Shown piece by piece: positions 17,881 through 26,892 of a stretch of 64,000 nt of DNA. Origin of the DNA: an uncultured Candidatus Saccharibacteria bacterium. GTDB taxonomy: Bacteria > Patescibacteriota > Doudnabacteria > UBA920. A model generated the notes under the pieces. It made no database searches. It was not told the origin of the DNA and worked only from the letters and a program-made list of their open reading frames with translations. The DNA lies in contig CAZVXT010000001.1 of assembly GCA_964631145.1 (NCBI GenBank), positions 457,237 through 521,236 on the forward strand. The letters are read 5' to 3'. The position numbers and the translations under genes are program-made. Position 1 is the stretch's first letter. Each line of letters starts with the position of its first letter.

Positions 17881-18771
17881 ATGTTTAAAAAGATAATAAT
17901 AGTGTTAGCTTTATTGATATTAGCTGGATTTGCTTTGGCTGGAATGTGGGAGTATCGTCAATATAAAAACAGACTGGCAGAAAGACAAGCAAGATTAGCA
18001 AAACAATCTGAAGAAGTAAAAGTTGTAATTAAAGAAGGGGAGACTTTGCAAGAGATAGCTGAACAGTTTGATGAGTTGGGGATGTTTGATGCTGATAATT
18101 TTATCCGAGCTGCAAAAAACTTTGATATCAGTCAATACAATTTAATTGCTAAACCTAAATCATCAAACGGTTTAGAGGGTTATTTATTTCCAGACACATA
18201 TCGATTTTCTAAAAATTCCACTGCAGAAGAAGTTATTGGTAAGATGTTAGATAATTTTGATTATAGATTAAGGAGTATAGGAATTAAAACTTCTGATAAT
18301 CAAATAATCCCTGGATACGATAAGTTAACTTTAGCTGGAAGCTCTGAAGCTGGCTTAAATTTATATCAAATTCTAACTTTAGCTTCCATTGTAGAGCAGG
18401 AAAGTGGTGGTAAAGGGTCAGCATCAGGAGATATGAGTTTAGAGGAAGAAAGAGCTTTGGTTGCAGGAGTGTTTTATAATAGACTTACGATAGGGCAAGC
18501 CTTGGAAAGCGATGCGACCATCAATTATATAACTGGTAAAAATGCTCCATCTTCTAGCTTAGATGATTTACAGACAAAGTCGGCTTATAACACATATAAA
18601 AATGCTGGTCTTCCTCCTGGTCCAATTGGTAATCCTTCTTTAGGTAGCATAGAGGCGGTATTAAAACCTATAAAATCGGATTATTTTTACTTCTTACATT
18701 ATCAACCATCTGGAAAAGTAGATTTTAGCAAAACATTTAGCGAGCATGTAAAAAAGAAAACAGCACTTTAG
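17881..18771 (+). CDS. mltG: Endolytic murein transglycosylase MltG (YceG-like)
   Basis: An N-terminal TM is followed by LEGYLFPDTYRF and GLPPGPIGNPS, both MltG signatures. An upstream in-frame extension to 17857 is possible. Confidence 0.85.
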   Translation: MFKKIIIVLALLILAGFALAGMWEYRQYKNRLAERQARLAKQSEEVKVVIKEGETLQEIAEQFDELGMFDADNFIRAAKNFDISQYNLIAKPKSSNGLEGYLFPDTYRFSKNSTAEEVIGKMLDNFDYRLRSIGIKTSDNQIIPGYDKLTLAGSSEAGLNLYQILTLASIVEQESGGKGSASGDMSLEEERALVAGVFYNRLTIGQALESDATINYITGKNAPSSSLDDLQTKSAYNTYKNAGLPPGPIGNPSLGSIEAVLKPIKSDYFYFLHYQPSGKVDFSKTFSEHVKKKTAL

Positions 18772-19685
18772 TTAAAAGTGCTGTTTTTAAATTCTGGGTA
18801 ACCGTTTATAAAAGTTTGAATATCGACTGGGTTTTTACCTTCAATTTGAATAGTCTTTATTTCTAATGAAGTATTGTTTCCACAGCTGATCAGGTTATTT
18901 TCAATTGATCCGGGTTGGCTAGAGAAGGTTTGTTTACTGGGGGTGCATTCTAGAATTTTGATACGCTTGCCATGCCAAGATGTGTGTATTCCTGGCCATG
19001 GTTGATATGCTCTCCATTGGTTATAAATTTCGCGGGCCGGTTTAGACCAATTGATTAATCCATCTTCCTTCTTTATTATTTTAGTAAAGGTCGCTAGGTC
19101 GTGGTTTTGTGGCTGAATTTTGATTTCATTTTTACTAAACTTATCTAATGTATTTAGCAGTAAAGGTATAGATAGTTGCGCTAATCTTAGTTGCAGTTGT
19201 GGATTGGTTTCATCAGGGCTTATATCTGTTGTTATGCTTTCCAGAATTGGACCGTGATCTAATTCTTCATCCATAAGCATTATGGTGCTACCAGTTTTTA
19301 CCTCATCATTTAATAAAGCAAATTGTACAGGTGAAGCTCCTCGATACTTTGGTAACAACGAAAAATGAACATTAATTGTTTTTAGTCTTGGCAATTCTAT
19401 AATTTCTTTTGGTAGAATTTTGCCGTAAGCAATAACAATAAAGATATCTGCATCCAATTTCGAAAGCTCTTGTAATAGATTCTCGTTATTTTTTACCTTT
19501 TGTGGTTTAAGGATGGGTAAACCTATTTTTTCTGCTGCGTTCGAAATACTACTAGGGGTTAATAATTGTTTCCGCCCTACTGGTTTATCCGGAGATGTGA
19601 TTACAGCTTGGATTTGATGATGTTCGGCAAGTGAATTTAAGATTTCTGCACCAATATCTGCCGTTCCAAAGAAAACTATTTTCAT
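18768..19685 (-). CDS. fmt: Methionyl-tRNA formyltransferase
   Basis: MKIVFFGTADIG.. ..INVHFSLLPKYRGASPVQ.. match Fmt. Confidence 0.93.
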   Translation of the reverse strand: MKIVFFGTADIGAEILNSLAEHHQIQAVITSPDKPVGRKQLLTPSSISNAAEKIGLPILKPQKVKNNENLLQELSKLDADIFIVIAYGKILPKEIIELPRLKTINVHFSLLPKYRGASPVQFALLNDEVKTGSTIMLMDEELDHGPILESITTDISPDETNPQLQLRLAQLSIPLLLNTLDKFSKNEIKIQPQNHDLATFTKIIKKEDGLINWSKPAREIYNQWRAYQPWPGIHTSWHGKRIKILECTPSKQTFSSQPGSIENNLISCGNNTSLEIKTIQIEGKNPVDIQTFINGYPEFKNSTFN

Positions 19686-19686
19686 A

Positions 19687-20250
19687 CTATTTAATATGCT
19701 TAATTAGTTTTCTAAAAACCTCGGCTTCGTATCTACAATCAGTTAAAGCATCGTGCAGATTACTAGGAGTTTTGATTTTTAAATAACCTGCTAGTTCTTC
19801 CAATGTAAAGCCAGCAAATCTATCTTGATTTTTTAGTTGTTTATTTGTTGCCATAAATATATAGCACAGTGCCCAAAAATTAAGTGTGTGGTAATCAAAT
19901 GGATATTTTATTTTACAAGAACGAAAAGCCGCAGGGAAAAATATAATATCTAAATTGCCTCCATAGGTTGTAGGGATAACTTCTGTTGGTTTAAACTGCT
20001 TGCAAAAGTTATTCAAAACAGTTTTTAGGGAAGGGGCTTTCTTTAGTTTCTCCCAAGTAATTTTATTTATATCTATAGATTCTGGATCACGATTGTCCCA
20101 ATTTTTAGGTTTGATATAACTACTAAAAGAAGCTTTTTCTTTCAGAGTTTTTTTATCTAAAAGTATGGCAGCAAGTTGAATAATTTCGTGTTGAGTTACA
20201 TCAATTCCTGTTGCTTCAATATCGTAAATTAAAATATCTTTATTAAACAT
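19687..20250 (-). CDS. DEDDh-type 3'-5' exonuclease domain protein (DnaQ/Orn/KapD-like), catalytic residues intact
   Basis: Motif I is YDIEATG, motif II is GGNLDIIFF and motif III is NLHDALTDCRYEAEVF. Confidence 0.75.
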   Translation of the reverse strand: MFNKDILIYDIEATGIDVTQHEIIQLAAILLDKKTLKEKASFSSYIKPKNWDNRDPESIDINKITWEKLKKAPSLKTVLNNFCKQFKPTEVIPTTYGGNLDIIFFPAAFRSCKIKYPFDYHTLNFWALCYIFMATNKQLKNQDRFAGFTLEELAGYLKIKTPSNLHDALTDCRYEAEVFRKLIKHIK

Positions 20251-20252
20251 AA

Positions 20253-20786
20253 TTATCCTAATACTATTTTTCTAAAAATTTCTGCAGTTAGGCGAACTTT
20301 CTCAAAAGCGTTATGGGGGTGCTTAACTTTAAGGTTAAAATGGTTGGCTAAAGTAGAAAGGGTTGGAATTTTTTTCACTCCGTAATGCATCATGTAAATA
20401 TAGCCCAAGGACCAAATATTTATATAATGATTATCATAGTCGAAAGAGTTTAAAGTTCGTTTAAAAGCTTTTTGCAAAAATAAATAACTTGTGATGTCGT
20501 GACTGGCGATTAATGGGTCAGATCCAAAAGTTTTGATAAAGTTATTAATTACTTCGCTTAATTTGGGACTCTTACGCAATTGATCAAAAGTAATACCTAA
20601 ATAATCAGAATGATCCATGAGGGTTTTATCCAAAAAGCTAGCTTTGATATAAAAGTTAAAATTATTTTTTTCTAAAAGATTATCTTTATCAAGCAAAACT
20701 GCAGACAATTGAATGATGTGGTCTGTTTCGGTGTTTGGTCCACTAGTCTCTGCTTGAATTATTAAGATATCTTTTATTAGTTTCAT
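20253..20786 (-). CDS. Paralog of the DEDDh exonuclease-fold protein with degenerate catalytic motifs (likely inactive)
   Basis: It has the same length and architecture as the upstream neighbour, but motif I reads IIQAETSG (Asp>Gln) and motif III reads HPHNAFEKV (Asp>Asn/absent). Confidence 0.65.
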   Translation of the reverse strand: MKLIKDILIIQAETSGPNTETDHIIQLSAVLLDKDNLLEKNNFNFYIKASFLDKTLMDHSDYLGITFDQLRKSPKLSEVINNFIKTFGSDPLIASHDITSYLFLQKAFKRTLNSFDYDNHYINIWSLGYIYMMHYGVKKIPTLSTLANHFNLKVKHPHNAFEKVRLTAEIFRKIVLG

Positions 20787-21286
20787 TTTGATTTATTAGG
20801 TATGTACTTGGATAATAGTTCTTTGCCCGTTGTGACTTTATCTATTTTGTCAGCAATAAGTGTTTGGTTGAGATGGTCAATTTCATGCTGTAATACTCTT
20901 GCTAAAAACGTATCATCGTTGATTGTAAATTGCTCTCCATCAATGTCGTAAGCAGTCATAGTAATTTTCTTTGGGCGTTTTACAAAGCCAAAAACTCCGG
21001 GCATGGATAAGCAACCTTCTTCCATATCTGTCTGTTCTTTGGACGACTTTGTTATTTTTGGGTTGATTATAGGAAAAGCTGGTAATCCCATTTCTTCTAA
21101 ATAAATAATGGCAAGATTTAAATTTTTTCCGATCTGGGGAGCTGCTAATCCTACGCCATTGGCATGTTTACATGTTGCTACCATGTTTTTGATTAGCCTT
21201 AGATCTGATTTGCTTAATGGAAACTGTAGATCTTTAACAGGTGTTCTTAATATTTTAGAAGGTAAGTGTGATAGAGGTAATATCAT
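20783..21286 (-). CDS. def: Peptide deformylase
   Basis: GVGLAAPQIG, EGCLSMPG and HEIDHL are the three PDF motifs. Confidence 0.93.
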   Translation of the reverse strand: MILPLSHLPSKILRTPVKDLQFPLSKSDLRLIKNMVATCKHANGVGLAAPQIGKNLNLAIIYLEEMGLPAFPIINPKITKSSKEQTDMEEGCLSMPGVFGFVKRPKKITMTAYDIDGEQFTINDDTFLARVLQHEIDHLNQTLIADKIDKVTTGKELLSKYIPNKSK

Positions 21287-21287
21287 G

Positions 21288-21569
21288 TTATTTCTTTTGC
21301 TCTTTGGATGATTGATTATATTGTTTAACTAAGTAAGAAAACAGCTTGCCTTTATTAGTAATATTATGCCCCTCCAATACTTGTCCCATAAGTCTTTTTA
21401 ATACATCATGAGGGTGGGTAAGGGCAAGTTTTAAATATAAAGCAAAGTGTTTTGGGTCTGAGAGCTTAGTAGCTAATTCGTCAGCCAAAACATGAGCCGC
21501 AGAATGCAAATGCGGATCTCGTTTAGTCGGTAATTTAACTTTTTTTGCTAAATCTGCTATTGAATCCAT
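21288..21569 (-). CDS. Hypothetical small protein (His-rich), upstream of def
   Basis: The ORF has a tight 1-nt junction with def; no recognisable domain was found. Confidence 0.4.
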   Translation of the reverse strand: MDSIADLAKKVKLPTKRDPHLHSAAHVLADELATKLSDPKHFALYLKLALTHPHDVLKRLMGQVLEGHNITNKGKLFSYLVKQYNQSSKEQKK

Positions 21570-21647
21570 AATACTATAATTATACTAAGCTTTATCTGAT
21601 TGTACAAAAACTAGCTATTTTATTGAAAAAACGCTATAATTAGGGCT

Positions 21648-22508
21648 ATGTTGAACAAGATTTTTACTGGAATATTAATAATTGCTTTTATTTTTATAGC
21701 TTGGCAAGAAGGGTTGCCTGGTAAGGTTTCGAAGTGGATTTCCGGTGCATTTAACAATTCAAAAATTAGCACACTTTCTAATATAGACGATGGTGCGTCT
21801 TTTCCAGGACCATTAAAATCTTTGGTTTCAAATTTTGCTGATAAATCTAAACTAACAAACGAAGGGGTTATATTGGAGACAAACAAGCAGCGTACAGAAC
21901 AAGGGGTTTCTATTTTAACTTATAATGCAAAGCTGGCTCAGGCAGCAGAGTATAAAGCAAATGATATTTTGGCGAAGCAATATTTTGAACATAATTCCCC
22001 TGAAGGTAAAAAACCCTCAGATATTATTTCTGCGACAGGTTATGAGTATATTGTTGTTGGAGAAAATTTAGCCTTAGGAAACTTTTTGAATGACTCAGAA
22101 TTAGTAATAGCCTGGATGAATAGTCCGGGTCACAGAGCAAATATCTTAGATAAGAAATATACTCAGATTGGAGTTGCTGTTAAGAGAGGTACCTATGAAG
22201 GTAAAACAGTGTGGGTTGCTGTTCAGGAATTTGGTGCTCCTTTAAGTGATTGTCCGGGTGCTAATAAAGAGTTAAAAAATAGTATAGAATCTAATAGGCA
22301 AAAGATGCGATCAATTCAAATCCAATTAGATGACCAAAAGTCTAAGTTAGAAAATAATTATTACCAAACTCCAAGCTCTTATAATCAAGCAATTGATAAT
22401 TATAATAGTTTGGCAAATCAATATAATAATTTAGTAGCAGACACTAAGCAATTGGTAGAAACATACAATTCCCAAGTTAATAGTTTTAATAGTTGTTTAC
22501 AAAAATAG
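21648..22508 (+). CDS. CAP/SCP/PR-1-like (YkwD-type) extracellular protein with N-terminal TM and Q/N-rich coiled-coil tail
   Basis: ..AQAAEYKANDILAKQYFEHNSPEGK.. ..WMNSPGHRANIL.. is the CAP-domain HNSP/GH signature. Confidence 0.75.
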   Translation: MLNKIFTGILIIAFIFIAWQEGLPGKVSKWISGAFNNSKISTLSNIDDGASFPGPLKSLVSNFADKSKLTNEGVILETNKQRTEQGVSILTYNAKLAQAAEYKANDILAKQYFEHNSPEGKKPSDIISATGYEYIVVGENLALGNFLNDSELVIAWMNSPGHRANILDKKYTQIGVAVKRGTYEGKTVWVAVQEFGAPLSDCPGANKELKNSIESNRQKMRSIQIQLDDQKSKLENNYYQTPSSYNQAIDNYNSLANQYNNLVADTKQLVETYNSQVNSFNSCLQK

Positions 22509-22512
22509 TTTT

Positions 22513-23835
22513 ATGAATAAAGAGGTGTTTGTGGCAGGGTTAAAATTTAATAGTTACAAATTATCAGAACTAAAGTCTGAGGTTTTGTTGCGTTTAAAAA
22601 ATAAAACCAAAACTTACATAGTAACTCCATATTCTGAATTTTTATATCATAGCTTAAGAAATGTAGATATCATGAGATTATTTAATAAAGCTGATATTTC
22701 TTTGCCAGACGGTATTGGTATATTTTGGGCTGATTATTTTTTATCTTTTCCTTTAACGTTTGAAAGTTATTTTTTAAAAATTTTGCAAGCTATATGGCAG
22801 GTTGTTTATTCGGGAGCTTCCATTATTTTTAACCCCAAAAAATTATATAAAAATATTCCAGAGAAAATTTCTGGATCTGATTTTATTTGGGACTTGGCAC
22901 AAATCGCCAGCGAAAATAATTTCAGCATTTTTCTTTTAGGTGGATTTGGTAATGTCACAAATATAGTCGAGCAAAGGCTTAAAGAAAAATTTCCTAACTT
23001 AAAAATTGTTGGCAAAAGTAACTTAAATTACAATGATCCAGCAGTAATACAAGTTGTAAAAGATAAACAGCCAGATATTTTGCTTGTTGCTTTCGGTCCC
23101 ATAAATCAAGAACAATGGATAAACGAGAACTTAAAAAATTTGCCTGTTACTTTGGCTATAGGAGTAGGGGGGAGTTTTGATTATATAGCTGGTGAAGTTG
23201 CTGTGCCTCCAAAATGGATTAGGGGTGTAGGACTGGAATGGCTATTTAGGTTAATTACTCAACCAAGTAGATGGCATAGAATTTATTTGGCTACTTATGG
23301 GTTAGCGAGGTCTTTAGTGCGTTATAAAGTATTTGGCACTATGCCATTGCGAGAAAATGCAGTAGCCGTTGTTATTAACCAACAGAATAAAGTTTTATTG
23401 TGTAAGCGTATCCCAGGGCTAGCAAGTAATGGTCAAGCACCAATACATATGTACAAGAATTATTGGCAGCTGCCTCAAGGTGGTGTAGAAAAAAATGAAA
23501 ACTATATAGTTGCAGCACAAAGAGAATTGTATGAAGAAACTGGTTTGTCAGAAGGTGTAAAGTTTTGGTTTGAAAGCAAACATTCTAATTCATATGATTG
23601 GCATAATGTAAGTAGATCAGTATTAGTTTTGCCTAGATATCGGTATCGCGGACAAATTCAAAAAACTTTTTATTTTAAGTTTGAAGGTTTGGATACGGAT
23701 GTAAAAATTGATCAACATGAGTTTGAAGATTATAAATGGCTTAGTCTTGAAGATGCTGAACGATTAATTGCCGAAGAACGCAAACCTCATTTTAAAAACA
23801 TCAGTTTAGAGTTATCAGAAAAATTTAAATCATAA
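22513..23835 (+). CDS. Fusion protein: WecG/TagA-family glycosyltransferase (N-term) + NUDIX hydrolase (C-term)
   Basis: The TagA-like part carries ..LPDGIGIFWA.. ..LLVAFGPINQEQWI.. ..GVGGSFDYIAGEVAVPPKWIRGVGLEWLFRL.. The Nudix box reads LPQGGVEKNENYIVAAQRELYEETGL. Confidence 0.75.
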   Translation: MNKEVFVAGLKFNSYKLSELKSEVLLRLKNKTKTYIVTPYSEFLYHSLRNVDIMRLFNKADISLPDGIGIFWADYFLSFPLTFESYFLKILQAIWQVVYSGASIIFNPKKLYKNIPEKISGSDFIWDLAQIASENNFSIFLLGGFGNVTNIVEQRLKEKFPNLKIVGKSNLNYNDPAVIQVVKDKQPDILLVAFGPINQEQWINENLKNLPVTLAIGVGGSFDYIAGEVAVPPKWIRGVGLEWLFRLITQPSRWHRIYLATYGLARSLVRYKVFGTMPLRENAVAVVINQQNKVLLCKRIPGLASNGQAPIHMYKNYWQLPQGGVEKNENYIVAAQRELYEETGLSEGVKFWFESKHSNSYDWHNVSRSVLVLPRYRYRGQIQKTFYFKFEGLDTDVKIDQHEFEDYKWLSLEDAERLIAEERKPHFKNISLELSEKFKS

Positions 23836-23839
23836 ATAT

Positions 23840-25345
23840 ATGAATAATAAAATTAGAACAAGATTAGCACCAAGTCCAACTGGTATGGTTCATGTTGGTA
23901 CGCTTAGGACTGCATTATTTGGTTATCTATTTGCAAAAAAGAATAATGGGGTAAGTATTTTGCGTATAGAAGATACAGACCAAACAAGAAAAGTAGAAGG
24001 GGCTTTAGAAAATTTATTAAATTCAATGAGCAAGATGGGGATTGAATTTGATGAAGGTTTGTATATTGAAAATGGACAGATAAATTCTCGAGGTGGCTTT
24101 GGTCCTTATGTGCAATCAGAAAGATTGGACTTATATCACAAATACGTAAAAGAACTGCTTGATAATAAAAAAGCATATTATTGTTTTTGTAGTAGCGAAA
24201 GATTAGACGAATTGCGTAAGGAGCAGATAGCTTTAAAAAAACCTCCAATGTATGACAAGCATTGTCGCAATTTGAGTGAACAAGATGTTAATGCTAAACT
24301 AGACGAATTTAAAAATTTAAATCAAAATCCTGTTGTTAGACAAGCAATTCCAGAAAGTGGGGAGACAGTAGTAAGCGATTTAGTTTATGGTGAAATTAAA
24401 TACGATAATGCAACTTTAGATGATCAGGTTTTATTAAAGTCAGACATGTTTCCTACATATCACTTAGCTGTTGTAGTTGATGATCATTTAATGGGAATTA
24501 GCCATGTGTTTCGGGGTGAAGAATGGCTGCCTTCTACGCCAAAGCATATTTTGTTGTATCAAGCTTTTGGTTGGCAATCACCAGAGTTTGCGCATTTACC
24601 GTTAATTTTAAATGCAGATAAAACTAAGTTATCCAAGAGACAAGGTGATGTCTCGGTAGAAGATTTTTTGCAAAAAGGATATTTACCAGAAGCATTAATT
24701 AATTTTGTAGCCTTGCTTGGTTGGAATCCAAAAACGGAGCAAGAGATTTTTTCTATGCAAGAATTGATTGCTCAGTTTGATTTGGCTAAGGTGCATAACA
24801 GTGGTGCTGTTTTTGATTATAATAAATTAGATTGGATAAATGGATTTTATATCCGCCAATTATCTCCAAATCATTTATTTGAATTAACTAAGCCTTACAT
24901 TGCAAGCTTTATTTCTAATATAAGCAATTTTTCCGATGAATATTTGCTTGAAGTTGTAAAGTTGGAGCAGGAGAGACTTAAGACCTTATCTCAAATTACT
25001 GAGCAGATTAATTTTTATTTTGAAGAACCTGTTTATGAGTCAGATAAATTAGTATGGAGAAAATCCGACAGCCAAACCACAAAAGATAATTTGCAAAAAT
25101 TAGTAGATTGTTTGTCTAATCTCGAAGATTCAGACTTTATGAGTTTGTCAGTCTTAGAAGAAAAGGTAAAAAAATGGATAAGTCAATCCGGATTAGATAA
25201 TGGATCTGTTTTGTGGCCAATGCGCGTTGCTTTAACAGGACTGGATAAAAGTCCTAGTCCATTTGAAGTAGGAACTGTTTTGTTTAAACATTTTGGCAAA
25301 GAGGGTATTGTTGAAAGATTGAATACTGCTATTAGAAAATTGTAA
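23840..25345 (+). CDS. gltX: Glutamyl-tRNA synthetase
   Basis: The HIGH-type motif (..PSPTGMVHVGTLRTALF..) and KLSKR (KMSKS) are present. Confidence 0.93.
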   Translation: MNNKIRTRLAPSPTGMVHVGTLRTALFGYLFAKKNNGVSILRIEDTDQTRKVEGALENLLNSMSKMGIEFDEGLYIENGQINSRGGFGPYVQSERLDLYHKYVKELLDNKKAYYCFCSSERLDELRKEQIALKKPPMYDKHCRNLSEQDVNAKLDEFKNLNQNPVVRQAIPESGETVVSDLVYGEIKYDNATLDDQVLLKSDMFPTYHLAVVVDDHLMGISHVFRGEEWLPSTPKHILLYQAFGWQSPEFAHLPLILNADKTKLSKRQGDVSVEDFLQKGYLPEALINFVALLGWNPKTEQEIFSMQELIAQFDLAKVHNSGAVFDYNKLDWINGFYIRQLSPNHLFELTKPYIASFISNISNFSDEYLLEVVKLEQERLKTLSQITEQINFYFEEPVYESDKLVWRKSDSQTTKDNLQKLVDCLSNLEDSDFMSLSVLEEKVKKWISQSGLDNGSVLWPMRVALTGLDKSPSPFEVGTVLFKHFGKEGIVERLNTAIRKL

Positions 25346-25348
25346 AAA

Positions 25349-25378
25349 TAAAGCCGCAATTTGCGGCTTTATTTTATA
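25349..25378. terminator. Bidirectional intrinsic terminator after gltX
   Basis: AAAGCCGCAATTTGCGGCTTTATTTTAT. Confidence 0.7.
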
Positions 25379-25734
25379 AAATGCTTATAATTTATTTTTT
25401 TGTAAAGACTATAAAATAAAATTACGAATATGTTTATTAAGCCTAACAATACCCAAGGAAATAAAATACTAAAACCTGTATTAAGATGATCAGGGCTACC
25501 ATTATCTATGTACTCAATGGGATGGAGAATAAAATACGTTGTTAAGCTAAAAGCAGATAATAATTGCAATATTAAAAGTTTTAGAATATTAATAGACCTG
25601 CTTCTATAGAAATTAATGATTAAGTAAAGAGTTATAGCTACGCTAATAATTATTAACATTAATGGTATATAGAGTAAAATTATTGGTCCCATAAAATTGG
25701 GAAGGCTGTAGTCCATTATAAAAAAATTTGCCAT
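25369..25734 (-). CDS. Hypothetical small integral membrane protein (~4 TM)
   Basis: Supported by hydrophobicity pattern only. Confidence 0.4.
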   Translation of the reverse strand: MANFFIMDYSLPNFMGPIILLYIPLMLIIISVAITLYLIINFYRSRSINILKLLILQLLSAFSLTTYFILHPIEYIDNGSPDHLNTGFSILFPWVLLGLINIFVILFYSLYKKINYKHFIK

Positions 25735-25778
25735 CGTTTAGTGTATAATACAGTTAAGAACTTATAAATGCATTATAC

Positions 25779-26837
25779 ATGATTTTACATAAAAAAATTA
25801 TTTTATATTTTATCGTTGTTATTCTTATTGTTTTGTTAGGAGTTATATTTTGGCAAACAAAATTGACTGATAAAATTAATAACGATTCCTCCCAAATCAA
25901 CGGACACTCTTTGATAAAAAGTAAAACAGAAAGTTCGTTAGAACAAAAATTTTTAGAATGGAAAAATTCTAAAGACTTTGGCTACAATGTATTGGATTAC
26001 AAGGTTGACCCAGCAAATCCAAAAGTTATTTATTATATTTTTGCCGAAAGTACAAAAACCCCATCTCAGACTATTTATAGATATGACTCTTCTAATGATC
26101 AATCTTATAATGGTTCCGGAAGGCTTGATGTGGACAATAATAAAGTGGATCTGATTCAAGAGACTATGCCGTCGAATGATTTTGTTTTAAAAATTGCTGA
26201 TATTATTGATAATAAGATAATCTATTACGGATATGTTGACGATGGTGGTCCTATGCAGTGTTTTGATCCATTTGTGGATAATAAATTTGCGCCGTTATAT
26301 TATCTGGATTTAGTGAGTGTAAATAATTTAGATTCTAAAGTTAAGTTTGCTGATTTACAAAAACATAAATACACGCCCTCCTCAGAAATTAAAGATCAAC
26401 ATCAAAATTTAGTAGAAAAATGTAACGACAAATATAATGGTAATGCTACATATAGTAATAAAGATCTTGGTTTTTCTTTCAAATATCCAAACGAGTTGCA
26501 AATTGGTAAATCTGATTTATTTTTATGGAGTGGCTCCTTTAAAGACGGCGAATATTTATTTGATATAACAAAAGGGAATACTAATAAGTTGAACCCTAAT
26601 GAAGGTAAAAAAATAAAAATTGGTTCATCTAATCAAGGGCAAAAATTGTATGGTTATAAATTTTCGGAATGTGGGCTTGGCGGGTGTCAAAATGTTTATT
26701 TAATTCCTGTAAAAAATGACTATGTGTCCATTTTTGGTGCTATGTGCGAAAAACATTTGGAGGATGATAAATGTATTTTTAAACCCGGGGATGTATCCGT
26801 GGAAGATTTCATCCTAAATACTTTTAAAACTTTTTAA
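25779..26837 (+). CDS. Hypothetical membrane-anchored/secreted Cys-containing protein
   Basis: An N-terminal TM is followed by a hydrophilic domain with several Cys; no domain was recognised. Confidence 0.45.
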   Translation: MILHKKIILYFIVVILIVLLGVIFWQTKLTDKINNDSSQINGHSLIKSKTESSLEQKFLEWKNSKDFGYNVLDYKVDPANPKVIYYIFAESTKTPSQTIYRYDSSNDQSYNGSGRLDVDNNKVDLIQETMPSNDFVLKIADIIDNKIIYYGYVDDGGPMQCFDPFVDNKFAPLYYLDLVSVNNLDSKVKFADLQKHKYTPSSEIKDQHQNLVEKCNDKYNGNATYSNKDLGFSFKYPNELQIGKSDLFLWSGSFKDGEYLFDITKGNTNKLNPNEGKKIKIGSSNQGQKLYGYKFSECGLGGCQNVYLIPVKNDYVSIFGAMCEKHLEDDKCIFKPGDVSVEDFILNTFKTF

Positions 26838-26844
26838 AAAAATA

Positions 26845-26892
26845 AGCCGAATAATATTATAATTGCATAAATATTATTCGGCTGTTTTTATT
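26845..26892. terminator. Long AT-rich hairpin terminator between convergent genes
   Basis: AGCCGAATAATATTATAATTGCATAAATATTATTCGGCTGTTTTTATT. Confidence 0.55.
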
